Of a stretch of 64,000 bases of DNA, positions 1 through 10,704 are shown piece by piece. A program made the position numbers and the translations under genes. Each line of letters starts with the position of its first letter. Within the stretch, counting starts at the first letter, position 1. Source of the stretch: Paramoeba atlantica (lineage: Eukaryota > Protista > Discosea); the NCBI GenBank assembly GCA_977017575.1, contig CDRNVI010000178.1, positions 62,001 through 126,000 of the forward strand, written 5' to 3'. The notes under the pieces were generated by a model. The model ran no database searches. It was not told where the DNA came from and worked only from the letters and a program-made list of their open reading frames with translations.

Positions 1-619
1 AGGTGATTCTGATGTTTATGGAAGTTCTAATGAGATGTCCAAATTACTTGACACCAAGAAGTTTAAGCCGTCTCGTGATTTTGACGGGGTTGATCGTTCT
101 CAACACACCGAGAGATCTGGTCCTGTTCAATTTGAAAAAGTTTCCTCTGGTGGTGGTGGTGGTGGTGCAGCTGAACCTGATGTTGATGATCCCTTTGGAT
201 TGGATGAGTTTATCAGTGAAGCAAAAGCAAAACCTCTCGATCATATTGGACAACGAGGACAACTCCACGCTGGTGCTGCTGGGGGGGAAGGTCAATCAGG
301 GGCAAAAAGAAGTCGAGTGGAATTTGAGGAAGAAAAGGTTCAACCCAATGAGAGGGAACGAGATCGAGGAGGGCGTGGAAGAGACAGGGATCGAGATAGA
401 GATCGAGGTAGAGACAGCAGAGACAGAGACAGAGACAGAGACAGAGACAGAGACAGAGACAGAGACAGAGACAGAGACAGAGACAGAGACAGAGATCGAA
501 ACAGGGACAAAGATAGAGACAGATACAGAGATAGAGACAGAGATCAAGATAGGGAGAGAAGTCGTGGATCTTATGATTATGATGATCGAAAAAAAAGGAG
601 GCGTCGAGATGATTATTAA
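1..619 (+). CDS. SNW1: SNW1/SKIP (Prp45) C-terminal exon, 5'-truncated by the window edge, with a long RD-dipeptide tail
   Basis: ORF 35-619 reads FKPSRDFDGVDR..RSGPVQFEK..DDPFGLDEFISEAK, matching the SKIP C-terminus (GPVQFE..DPFGLDKFLEEAK). Stop TAA at 617-619. Confidence 0.85.
   Translation, partial: GDSDVYGSSNEMSKLLDTKKFKPSRDFDGVDRSQHTERSGPVQFEKVSSGGGGGGAAEPDVDDPFGLDEFISEAKAKPLDHIGQRGQLHAGAAGGEGQSGAKRSRVEFEEEKVQPNERERDRGGRGRDRDRDRDRGRDSRDRDRDRDRDRDRDRDRDRDRDRDRDRNRDKDRDRYRDRDRDQDRERSRGSYDYDDRKKRRRRDDY
410..495 (+). repeat. (GACAGA)n hexanucleotide repeat encoding (RD)n
   Basis: Directly visible run of agagac units. Confidence 0.95.
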
Positions 620-634
620 TGTGAATTGAAATGA

Positions 635-1171
635 TCAGTACCCCTCATTGAGCCAATGAAGAAGTTCCTTTCGGTGTTGTTCCCTCTCTTTCATTTCTTT
701 TGTTTTCTTTCTCTTGAGTTGGAGTTTTTTCCCTGAAATTGCGCTTCTTTGATGATTTTCGTCTTCTGATTCGTCGTCAGTTCCATGTTGCGAGTGAAAT
801 TCCGATAACTTCATTGATCCCTTCTTCTTCTTGTCCTTCATGTCCTTCTTTTTCTTTCTTGCTTTCTTTTCCTTCTTTTCTTTCTTCTTCCTCTTTCTAT
901 ATTCTTCCTCACTATCTGATGACGATGACAGAGTCTTCTTTCTTCTTTTCTCCGCTGACCCGCTTTTTCTCTCATCCCTCTTTCTCTTTCTGTGGGAGGA
1001 AGAATGTCTTTTGGAAGAAGAACGATCATCATCATCAGCTGACGAAAGCTCAGAATCAGAAGAGTCGGAGACATACTTTGTTGTTTTTGTTTTTTTTCTT
1101 TTCTTATGACTTTCTTGGACTTCTTCAGAATGATTTCCACTCGAGAATCGACGTTCCTTTGAATGGCTCAT
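635..1171 (-). CDS. Small Lys/Ser/Arg-rich, probably nuclear protein with a structured C-terminal motif (RSAISGKKLQLK..RKELLHWLN)
   Basis: Uninterrupted 178-aa ATG ORF. Low-complexity body followed by a non-repetitive amphipathic C-terminus. Confidence 0.7.
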   Translation of the reverse strand: MSHSKERRFSSGNHSEEVQESHKKRKKTKTTKYVSDSSDSELSSADDDDRSSSKRHSSSHRKRKRDERKSGSAEKRRKKTLSSSSDSEEEYRKRKKKEKKEKKARKKKKDMKDKKKKGSMKLSEFHSQHGTDDESEDENHQRSAISGKKLQLKRKKTKEMKEREQHRKELLHWLNEGY

Positions 1172-1506
1172 TTTTTTTGTTTTTTGTTTTTTGTTTTTTG
1201 TTTTTTGTTTTTCTTTTCGAACTTTTTGAAGGAAAGAAAATGGTCGCTTTTTTAGAGCTCTTCTTTTAAGATAAAAACACCCCCAAATTTTTATGTATTA
1301 GCCCCGCTGAGGTACTGGTCTTTTTTGATTTTTTTAAAGCGGAGAAAAGTAAACAAAAAGGAAATGTAGCTTATTCGGTGAATCTGATGAAACGGTTAAA
1401 AAGACCGCTTTTTTCCTTGTTCGTCTCTCTTTTTCTGAACGCAAACCTTTTTTTTGTGTGGTGTGCATTTCGGTGATTGAAACAAAAATCAAAAGAACGA
1501 AAAAAG

Positions 1507-1818
1507 ATGGCCGGAGGACAACAAACTATGGTTGAGTTGACAGTTGGTGATGAGGGAGATAAACAACCAAACTTGGTTGAACAACAAATTGATCTTTCAA
1601 ACCTCTCGGAGGCGGATCAAGAATTTTACCGAAAGTATGGGCGGCTCCCAAACAGTGCCGCTCTTATGAAACGAAGGGAGGTGAACAAGAACCAGTTCGA
1701 TTCTGCTGACTATTTTATGGCTGCTGAGAAAGCCAAATCTGGTCAATCTGGTGAAAAAGCTCCCCCAAAATCTCTCCCACCTCACATGCGCAAGAAAGTC
1801 CCTCCTCATCTCCGATGA
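1507..1818 (+). CDS. ENSA: Endosulfine / ARPP19 / Igo1 family (PP2A-B55 inhibitor, Greatwall substrate)
   Basis: KYGRLP and FDSADYFM motifs (canonical KYG-L and FDSGDY). First ATG at 1507. Confidence 0.9.
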   Translation: MAGGQQTMVELTVGDEGDKQPNLVEQQIDLSNLSEADQEFYRKYGRLPNSAALMKRREVNKNQFDSADYFMAAEKAKSGQSGEKAPPKSLPPHMRKKVPPHLR

Positions 1819-2129
1819 AGCTCTTCTCTCTCTCTCTCTTTCTATTCCCCTCTTTTTTCTTTTCCCCCTCTTTCGCCAACTCTCCCTTTCTCCTCACTCT
1901 TCATTTCTCTCTCGATTCGTTTGCCCTTCCTCAGCGAGATGACCGATTTTTCTCGATTTGGGGGAGCGATTCCTCCGGGATGTGATTTGTGTGTGTTTGG
2001 GGGGTTTGAGAAAGTTGATTGTTTAACAACCTAATCTAATTCTTCTTTCACAATAAATTATGTATCTCTTTATATTCCCCCCCCCCCCCTCCTCTCCTCT
2101 TTTTTTGTTTTTCAAAAAAAAAGTTTTTC

Positions 2130-4801
2130 TCATTTTCTGGAAAAATTAACATAAGTTAAATAACTGGACTCAAAAGGCCCATTTGAGGATGATAGTTTTT
2201 CGGTTGTTTTGATCCTCGAAGATCGTCTGACAACTGATTCCCCAATCGCTTCTCGGAGAGCCTCCTGCTCTTTCCGTCCAAGATTTGCTAAGATCTTGTG
2301 GTAACACGGAGTGAGATTGTTCAGCAGTTTCTTTTCTCTGACCCCTTTCTCGTTTAAGGATTGGTACACTTGATCCAGTTGTTGTTTTGTTGAGAAATAG
2401 ATTAAATTCGATTCTAATTTCTCCACATCATCACCAGGGAATTCATACTCGGTTTCAAGTACAGACGGATTTTTCTCTTTCACTGGTCCTTTCTCCATCA
2501 TTGATTTCTGAGTCTCCGGACAATAGTAAGGGGAAGTCTCCATGAAAAGCATTTCAGGAATCTCGGGGAAATACCAATAACGATTGTACCAACTAGAGAA
2601 TGAAAAAGTTAAACCAAAAAAAAAACCAAGTTTTGAAAAAAAGGAAAAAGAAAAAAAATCAAAGGAATGAAAAGAAAAGAAAAGATAAAAAGATACCGAT
2701 CATAGCCCAAAGGCTGCTCTCGAATGTGAAACTTCTCGATTTGTCGAGTAAGAGATTCTGTCTAAAAAAAAAGTTTTTTTTGAAAAACATTAGTTAAAAA
2801 GAAGACTGAAAGAGGAAAAAGAGAACCAAAAAAAAAATTACACACCTTCTTAGTCTTCAATTCTTGGTGTTGTTTTTTTGCGAGTTCCAATTTTCTGATT
2901 TTCTTCGGATCTTTCAATTCTTCAGAAGAAGAGGAAGAAGCTTCACACCCATTCCCATTCTTACTTTGAAAAGTGTCTTCGAGTTCCCTTACTTTTTGAT
3001 TCATTTCTCGACTCGTTAACCATTTCTCTTTCTGAAGCGAACTTTTTTTTTCGATTGCAACCTCAAGAGATTTTCTACAACAAAAATTAATATCTCATTG
3101 AAAGATCAAAATAGGGGAAAGAATTAAAAGCATTCTCAAACCTGAGACTTGATTCTGATAAATAGTTCAGAGAATCATCGCAGAGAAGTCTGAGTATTAA
3201 GATTCGATCCGCAGTGGAAAGGATTCTCCACGTCGATTTATTGAGTACTTCACCCAATTCAACACGTTCTTTCCTTCGAGAAGAATCAATTGGCTCAGAA
3301 GACTCAATTATCATCCCATTTAATTTCGGACTCATCGTCAAGTCTTCTTCTTCGCAAGCAAGAGTGGCATCAGGATCATCATCATCATCGTCATCATCTG
3401 TTTGAAGAGGAGACGAAGAGCTTTCTGATGAAGAGGAAATATGATGACCATTGGTCATCTTCACTCCGTTCGTTGGCACTTCCACTTCCCGATCATTTGC
3501 CTCTCGAAAATACTTTCGAAGAGAAGCTTCCCAATTATCAGCGGTGAGTGGCTTTGCTGTCTTGAAATCTAATGACTCCAACAAGCAAATAATCGTTTGA
3601 TCAATTATCGTAACGGCATCAGGATTAATAAGTGACTTTAAAAAATCTTCAAAAGAAAACGGATAGAGAGAGAGTGATCGAGAGAAGAAAGTCAAGAATC
3701 TCCAGATTACCAAAGCATCCAAAAAATAGACCTTGGGGTATCAAAAAAACAAAAGGAGAAAAAAAAACATCTTTAATTCATTTTACAAAAAGGAGAGAGA
3801 CACAGCAAAAAAAATGAAGAAAAAAAGAGACAACAACAACAACAAAAATATCTAAAATCAAGGGAAAAAAAGAGAACCTCTTCGATTGGATAATCAAAAG
3901 GTGTTGGATCTGGAAGACTTGGCGTAGAAGATCCTTCTAAATGAAGAAGAGTCAAGTCTTCAAGAGGAAACATTCGTTCTAATTTCGTCTGGTACTCTTT
4001 TTTCATTTCATCTTGAGGATCCGGTTGTATTTTTCTCCTCTTTGAATCATTCCCCAAGTCCTCGGTAACAATTGGTCGGCGTTTTACTTTCTTTGACTTT
4101 CCTCCTTCGTGGTGTTTGACGAGGTTGGCGACCTCTTCTGTTAAATTCACATTCACTTCATATTTTTGGAGAATTTCATCGTCAACTAACCAAGGGGCGG
4201 ACTTGTATTTCTTCCGATTAGCAACTTCACGAATTTTGTGACGAACGTTCGCCACGGTAATTGAGAAGTCTTTCCGTATCATTCCAGAACTTGACGCGGT
4301 ATCAACAAATTGTTCCCCACGTTTATCTTTCCAAGTCACAGTGTATTTTGTTTGTGTTGTGTTTTCTGTTGTGTTCTCTTCATCGACAGGACCAACAACT
4401 TCAACAGTTTTCCCTTTCCATCGAACAACATCATCTGGTTCAAATATTTGTTGGAGTTTTTTGCAAATTTTGTTTGACAAAACATCAAGATGCTCTTGAT
4501 TTCCATGGACCATTTCCAAGAGAAGTTTCAGATGGGTTTTCGGAAAACCTTGCAAGGATTCGGTCATATCCCTTTCGCTCGCAAGAGCTTCTTGATAAGT
4601 TAAAGATGATTTTCCAGTAATTCGACATGACCAGACACGAGAATTATAAAGTTCCACACGTCGAGTGAATTGATCAAAACACGAAAAGGCTTCACCAGTG
4701 TACGGGATAAACCAGTAAAGTTCAGTGTCGTGAACTTCAGGCAAATCTTGAAGAACCCATGGCCCTTTAAAAGGGTTGTGTGCTTCGACAATGAGGGGCA
4801 T
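2130..4801 (-). CDS. ISWI-complex subunit, Acf1/BAZ1/Itc1-like (WAC + DDT + WHIM1 + WHIM3/WSD), multi-exon, no PHD or bromodomain seen
   Basis: WAC: WFIPYTGEAF..YNSRVWSCRITGKSSLTYQEALASE. DDT: ALVIWRFLTFFSRSLSLYPFSFEDFLKSL. WHIM1: LSTADRILILRLLCD. WHIM3: YFSTKQQLDQVYQSLNEKGVREKKL. ATG at 4801. Confidence 0.88.
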
Positions 4802-5255
4802 TCGAGAAGGATTTTCGGAAAACAAAATGAAAAAAAAGACTTTCGCCAAAACACCACCCAGACAACAAAACAACAACCACAAAAAGAAGAAAAAGAACAA
4901 AACAAAGAGTCACGGGTCCCTCCTCTCTGGTGTTTCGTGGGAAGTGTCCACTAGCGCCTTCTTCCCCCTTTTTTTCCTGACGAAAAAAAAAATAAAAAAA
5001 CTGAAAAACACACAAAAACAACCACAAAAAAAACGGCCATCGAAAAAAGAAAAAATTGCTTTGCTGACGTCAGCTCTCGTGTTTTTTTTTTTGTTTGTTT
5101 TTTTAGTTTGTTGTTTTGTCAATTTTCTTTTTTTTTTTGTTTTTGTTTTTTGTTTTGGGGGTGGCGATTCATTCCCTTTCGATTGTTGATTCATTTCGTT
5201 GGGATTTTTTTCTTTTTTTCGTATACGTTTGTGGTGTATGTGTGTAGTATGAGAA

Positions 5256-8200
5256 ATGGAACAATCTCATGGAGCAAAGCAGTTTGTTGGTTTGTTTGAC
5301 TGTGAGGCAGATGAGGAAGATGAGCTTGGGTTTATGGAAGGTGATGTCATTTACGTTCTCCAAGTGATTTCGGATGAGTGGTTTTTTGGTCGATTAAAGA
5401 AAGATGGGAGTGAGGGACTTGTACCTTTCAATTATGTTGAACCTTTGCAAGAGGAACTTCTGAACACTCACACGCCAGATCGGTTCACAGATGTCGACCG
5501 ATATGCCGATTGGCGACAGTCGTTTGATTGTCGAAATAAGGGGGCTTCAACATTAAGTCCACCTGTTGGTTCAACTCCTTTCCCTCCAACTGGTATTTCT
5601 CCTCCTTCAATTTCTCTCTCCTCTCGTCCAACTCCTGTTGTTACCGATGAAGATTCGACCTCCTCATCTGCCCCAAATGTTGCCAGTCCTGCCCCAACAG
5701 CCTCCACTTCTCCTTCCCAACAATCTTCTTCAAATGGACCGAGTCTCCTAGAATCTACCCCTCCTTCTTCAACTGGACTATTTCCTCTATTTTCTTCAGG
5801 CTCTTCTTCTTCTTTGTCTGCCCCATCAGGATTGATACCTTTTTCTGAACCCCCACCAGTGGAACTTCCGATTTCAGGAACCCCACCAAATGGAAAGCGA
5901 ATTACAAGAGTTTCTCCATCACCACTGAATCCATCTTCTCCAATCCCAGCACCACTCACAACATCAACATCAACATCAACACCACCTGGTTTAATTCCGA
6001 AGGGTCAAGCGCCTCGATTCAGCAGGAAACGGTCCTTGAAAGGAATCGATTCCATGACGCAATCTTTTGATGAAAGAGCTTCTTCTGTTGAAATTTTATC
6101 TTTAACTTCTTTTGAGAAAGAAGACCTTTTCAGTTTATCTCTTAAAAACGTACGACAGACATCAATGATGGGCGATGAAAAAATTATTGAGCTTCTTCGA
6201 AATTCGAGAAACAAAGAAGTATTCAGAATCCTTGAAAAATGGTGGACCCCACCTGTATTTCCATTTTCTGATCTTATCCCAGAACGAAAGCAGTTACGAA
6301 GCGAGGTTCCAATGATGAATAAGGAAACAATAGAATTGATTGTGAGTGGGAAATCCAAAGTCGAAGAAGGAGTATTGGAGTGTTTGATTTTGAACCATAC
6401 TTTAGTAATGTCATCAGTCGATTTAATGGACTTAATTGTCTCTTCTTATCGACAGTCGATCGTTTCTGATGATCTTGAGACAAGAACACAGTTATGTTTG
6501 ATTGTCAGGATTTGGATTGTTTACTTTCGACCGGAATTTAATGATGCATCCCTTTTTCTCATTCTCGATCAATTTGTTAAAGAATTGGATTCAAGTATCT
6601 CTTGTGATGTTGAACTTCGAAATTCCCTTCTTAAATTCGAGTCATTCTGGATCACACGAGAATCTTGGCGTCGAAGGATTGTATCCGCCTTTTCTTCTCA
6701 GAGTGGGATGAAATCCAAGAGACCTCTTGAAGAATTTAATGCTGATGAAGTTGCTGGGCACTTGACAGTGTGGGAATGGGGTCTTCAAATGGGAGTAACT
6801 TCGCAAGATCTTGCAAAAGGTCAGTATCGACCATGCAAAGCCCATTTCCGAGTGCTTTCAGAATGGGTCCATCAACGGCTCGTCGATTCCACAAATGTGG
6901 CTTTGACAATCAAATTTTATCTGGACGTTTTGGTTAGATGTTTTCAAATGATGAATTTGGCGAGTGTTCATTCCATTCTCCATGGATTCCATTTGAGTGG
7001 TTTCGGTCGGGTCCATTTCGAAGAACGATATGAGTATGTGATTCAACCATTAAACCAGATATTCCAGAGCGAAGATCCAATGTATTATCATTCTTTTGTT
7101 TCATCTCTTCGAGGAACAGCTTTTCTTCCAAGTTTGCCAATGCTATTTGCCAATGACACTACAATGATCAAGAAGAAGGGGAAAAAAGGGAAGGCGCTTG
7201 AAGGTCAAAACCTGAATGAGATGTTTTCCACTATCTTTCGGGAATATTATTCTGCTGTCATCCTCCCTGAGCGACTAAAATATTTTGAAGAAAATGAATC
7301 CAATTTCCTCTATCCCCTCAACCCACCGATTTGCTATGAACTGGGTCTTATCCGAGTTGGGCAAGGAACTCCTCGACGAAGAGGAAGTACAAAGAATTCT
7401 TTGACAGATCCACACAGTTTGTTTTGGTGTTCATCTGGATTTGATCTTGAGATGCCACGAGATAATGCAAAAGACCCCTCTTCTTTTTGGCCTTCGTTGT
7501 TAGTAGATATAGAGCACAATGACGCTATTTTTAAAAGGGAATTCTACAATACAACCCCTCCTCCTCTTTGTCTTCTTGCGCTGGACAATCTTGGACGTCC
7601 GTTTTTAATTATTCTTGGAGTTTACACCGATTCTGAGTCACTCGAAAAGCGTGCAATGGCTGTTATTTTTACCGTGTTATCTATTGGGGAAGGAGATTGT
7701 GTAAATCGAGTTCTTAAGGGGTTAGATCCGAATGTTTTTGAGAGTGATAAGAAATTAGCAAGCGCGCTGATTGTTGCCTTATCGGGTGTCTTGCCTTTTG
7801 ATTCAAAACCAAAACACGGCTTTAAACAAGTAAATTTGTCTCGTAATTTGCAAGAGCGTCTTCTAAGGTTGGAAGCCGTTTCGATGTGCCAGCAACCCCA
7901 TCTTTTTGGTGTGGTTCACCATCGCAAAGGATCATCCAGGTTATTAAAAGAAAGTATGGGTGGGAATGAACTGTATGGTGATGGGCAATCAGCAACCTTT
8001 CAATATTTTTTGAGAGGATTGGCGAAAGGTGAGACACCAGGTGCTGTTATTGATTCAAGGTACCGAGAGTTGGAAGTTCAGTACCAGATTGCCCCATTGA
8101 TGACAGGTGATGATCCTGTCCGTGCTCTTGATCGGACAAGAGTGGTCATTGTGTTTTCTGAACCAGGAAGTTCTCCATTTTCTCCAGCTGATTTTCCACA

Positions 8201-10394
8201 TGCCACTTTTCTGTTTATTATCGTCTCTCCTTGTGCTGAAGAAGGGGAAGAAAGTCACCACTACAAAGTAGCTGTAGCCTCCAAAGATAACATCAACTCG
8301 CCAATTCCAGCCCTCAAATCAAAATTTTTATCTCTTGATGAATTAATTCTTTTCGTTGTCACAAAGGCAATCAATGCGGATCGAAGAAGCTTTCGAATTG
8401 TACCTCAACTATGGCGGTCAGCTGATGAAGAGCGATTATCGATTATCAAGAGTGTAGCTGAACTGGCTGTTCATACATCAGAGGTGTATGTTTCGAAGGC
8501 TAGAAAGAGAGCATCCACTGCACTTCAAGGTGCTCTTGACCTGGGGCACAAGGGTCGTCATGCTGTTGTTGGTAGCGGTGGAGGCTCTTCTCATTTGGAA
8601 ATTCCAGGAGGAGGAAGGGGGAGCTCTGGTGGTGCAGGATCGGGTGGAGCAGGAAATTCTGCAAGTGCAGGATCTGTTGCATGGGAAGGAGTTCCTGTTG
8701 AACTGAATGACAAAGATAAAATCCTTCCAACCTTGAAATCTTGCTTTGTTCAAAGGTCAGCGGGTTCTTCCTCCACAACACCACGAAAGAAGATGAAAAA
8801 GTTTATCTTTTCACTAAACCCTGTTCTCTCGTCGCCTTTGATTTCCCTCCAGACAGAAACCGATTTTCCTGACCATCCTGGAATGACTTTTTCAGTTTTG
8901 GATCGGATCTGCTCGTTCTTGGAAGGAAAGAAAAATTCCAAGGTGCTTCAAATTAACCCCTTTGTGAGTGTTGTGAATGATGCATTGGCTGCTTTGGACA
9001 AGCATGCAGGACAAGAACACACATCTTTTCTTAATGATCGGTTCATGCAAATTTTTCCTGTTGAAGCTTGGGGAGGAGTGATATGGCTATGGCTGATTCA
9101 CAACAAAGGATCTGTGATGCCACAGAAATCCTATGATGAGATGATTAATCTTGTTGTTGATGGACGCATGCCCTTCAACTCGGTCGCAAAATTGATTGTT
9201 TTATTTCAGGGACTTCCATCGGGTAACTACTTCACAATTGAGCGGATCCTTCGAATGTGCGCATTTTTATCTGCAGGAAGTTACAGTCAGAGCGATGCGT
9301 TGGCGGAACTTGTTTCTGTGATCTTGTTTGCACCAAAAGAGGTGCGGTTGGATATTTTATTCAAGATCAAAATCCAGAAGCAGTTGATCAAATATTGTAT
9401 TGAGCATCATTCATCCATTTTTGTTGGTCCATTCCCTCCGCTTTCAGCAACTCCTATTTCTCTTGTTACTTCCTTATCAAGTAGCTCGAAACCTGAAACT
9501 CCGAGTACACCGAAGGACAGAGCACAATCTATGAAAGATAGGAGAAAATCGTTTAAGAAAACTCTGAGCGTTTCGTTAGTAAATCACAAAAAGGTCAAGA
9601 AGATTGAGGGTGAATATGCAAGGGTTTTCTCTCTTCGGGATAGTGGAGGGACAAAAGTAAGTCTTACAGACCTTGTTACTGCTGGTGGGAGAACTATTTT
9701 GTTCTTTTTTTCTCGAGATACAGTTTCGCGGTCGACTCTGAAGCTTTTCAAAGCGAATCATGATCTTTTTTCTTCTGCTCGATGTTCGGTTCTTGGGATT
9801 TGTCCCAGTAAGATGTCTTCATTAGCTGATGATGCTGCTTCTTTACGACTTCCTTTTACTCTTTTGACTGATCCCTCTGGAAAAGTTCGCCAAAAGTACA
9901 GTGTAACAAGCGGGAAAAATGCCACTTTTGTTTTGAATGAATGTGGAGAAATGATTCACTCTTTTGAGAGTTCTGATGCGACAACTGATCATGTTCTTCA
10001 TGCTCTTTATGGTCTCATCTTGCAGATTGCTGGATTTTATCTCTTCTCTTCTCGTACTTTTGCTCATCATTTTGAATATTTTTATTCAATTCAGATTGCA
10101 GGGGCAGATGGGGCGATCGATAGGTCCAATTCTTTTGAAAATGAAACGATTCCTGGTGTGGCGAAATGGGATGAACTTGAAGTTGGAAATTGGCTTGATG
10201 AAGTTGGTTTGGCCGAACTTTCTGATCTTTTTGAAGAGAATCAATTGAAAGGGTTGGATTTGTTGGATATGGAGATGGTTGATTTGGAGGATGATCTTGG
10301 TTTGAAGGGGCATTCTCTTCTTCCTGTTTTGATTTCGGAGTTGAATTTGCTTCGTGTTTCTGATGCAAAGAGAAAGTTTCAAGTTGGGGGTTGA
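5256..10394 (+). CDS. 1712-aa multidomain signalling protein: SH3 - Pro/Ser linker - REM/RasGEF(CDC25)-like - RapGAP-like - RhoGAP-like - peroxiredoxin(BCP)-like - SAM
   Basis: Single ORF. SH3: GLFDCEADEEDELGFMEGDVIYVLQVISDEWFFG..GLVPFNYVE. RasGEF-like: EFNADEVAGHLTVWEW, LPSLPMLF. RapGAP-like: SATFQYFL..ELEVQYQIAPLM..VVIVFSE..YKVAVASKD..VVTKAINAD. RhoGAP-like: LPSGNYFTIERIL..LIKYCIEHHSSIF. Prx-like: FSLRDSGGTKVSLTDL..LPFTLLTDPSGKVRQKYSV. SAM: WDELEVGNWLDEVGLAELSDLFEENQLKGLDLL. Confidence 0.85.
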   Translation: MEQSHGAKQFVGLFDCEADEEDELGFMEGDVIYVLQVISDEWFFGRLKKDGSEGLVPFNYVEPLQEELLNTHTPDRFTDVDRYADWRQSFDCRNKGASTLSPPVGSTPFPPTGISPPSISLSSRPTPVVTDEDSTSSSAPNVASPAPTASTSPSQQSSSNGPSLLESTPPSSTGLFPLFSSGSSSSLSAPSGLIPFSEPPPVELPISGTPPNGKRITRVSPSPLNPSSPIPAPLTTSTSTSTPPGLIPKGQAPRFSRKRSLKGIDSMTQSFDERASSVEILSLTSFEKEDLFSLSLKNVRQTSMMGDEKIIELLRNSRNKEVFRILEKWWTPPVFPFSDLIPERKQLRSEVPMMNKETIELIVSGKSKVEEGVLECLILNHTLVMSSVDLMDLIVSSYRQSIVSDDLETRTQLCLIVRIWIVYFRPEFNDASLFLILDQFVKELDSSISCDVELRNSLLKFESFWITRESWRRRIVSAFSSQSGMKSKRPLEEFNADEVAGHLTVWEWGLQMGVTSQDLAKGQYRPCKAHFRVLSEWVHQRLVDSTNVALTIKFYLDVLVRCFQMMNLASVHSILHGFHLSGFGRVHFEERYEYVIQPLNQIFQSEDPMYYHSFVSSLRGTAFLPSLPMLFANDTTMIKKKGKKGKALEGQNLNEMFSTIFREYYSAVILPERLKYFEENESNFLYPLNPPICYELGLIRVGQGTPRRRGSTKNSLTDPHSLFWCSSGFDLEMPRDNAKDPSSFWPSLLVDIEHNDAIFKREFYNTTPPPLCLLALDNLGRPFLIILGVYTDSESLEKRAMAVIFTVLSIGEGDCVNRVLKGLDPNVFESDKKLASALIVALSGVLPFDSKPKHGFKQVNLSRNLQERLLRLEAVSMCQQPHLFGVVHHRKGSSRLLKESMGGNELYGDGQSATFQYFLRGLAKGETPGAVIDSRYRELEVQYQIAPLMTGDDPVRALDRTRVVIVFSEPGSSPFSPADFPHATFLFIIVSPCAEEGEESHHYKVAVASKDNINSPIPALKSKFLSLDELILFVVTKAINADRRSFRIVPQLWRSADEERLSIIKSVAELAVHTSEVYVSKARKRASTALQGALDLGHKGRHAVVGSGGGSSHLEIPGGGRGSSGGAGSGGAGNSASAGSVAWEGVPVELNDKDKILPTLKSCFVQRSAGSSSTTPRKKMKKFIFSLNPVLSSPLISLQTETDFPDHPGMTFSVLDRICSFLEGKKNSKVLQINPFVSVVNDALAALDKHAGQEHTSFLNDRFMQIFPVEAWGGVIWLWLIHNKGSVMPQKSYDEMINLVVDGRMPFNSVAKLIVLFQGLPSGNYFTIERILRMCAFLSAGSYSQSDALAELVSVILFAPKEVRLDILFKIKIQKQLIKYCIEHHSSIFVGPFPPLSATPISLVTSLSSSSKPETPSTPKDRAQSMKDRRKSFKKTLSVSLVNHKKVKKIEGEYARVFSLRDSGGTKVSLTDLVTAGGRTILFFFSRDTVSRSTLKLFKANHDLFSSARCSVLGICPSKMSSLADDAASLRLPFTLLTDPSGKVRQKYSVTSGKNATFVLNECGEMIHSFESSDATTDHVLHALYGLILQIAGFYLFSSRTFAHHFEYFYSIQIAGADGAIDRSNSFENETIPGVAKWDELEVGNWLDEVGLAELSDLFEENQLKGLDLLDMEMVDLEDDLGLKGHSLLPVLISELNLLRVSDAKRKFQVGG

Positions 10395-10704
10395 AACAGA
10401 AAAAAAATGAATTGAAACAAAAGATGGTTTTATTTAAAAAAATCTTGGGTTATATTTATAAAATGAAAAGATAGATTAAAAATTGAGAGACAAGAAGAAT
10501 GAAATGTTTATTTTTTTCTTTCTTTTTCAGTTTTCCAAACCTTTTCAAAATCTTTTCGCAACACTCCTTTTTTGAAGTGGGAGTGATGGGAACACGTTTT
10601 GCCTTTTTTTCAAAGACGGGTTCCTTTTCTTTCTTTTTCTTTCTTTTTCTTTTGTTTGATTTTTGTTTGTGTTGTTTCATTTAAAAAGAAACTTGTTGTT
10701 CAAA

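Noticed and set aside
3-629. ET-repeat (208 aa) and antisense SV-repeat ORFs
   Set aside because: These are alternative frames of the (GACAGA)n repeat; only the RD frame carries SNW1 motifs.
10010-10095. Possible in-frame intron inside the 1712-aa ORF
   Set aside because: The segment is T-rich with a repeated cagattgc, but the ORF stays open and I found no convincing donor. It cannot be decided without cDNA and does not alter the domain calls.
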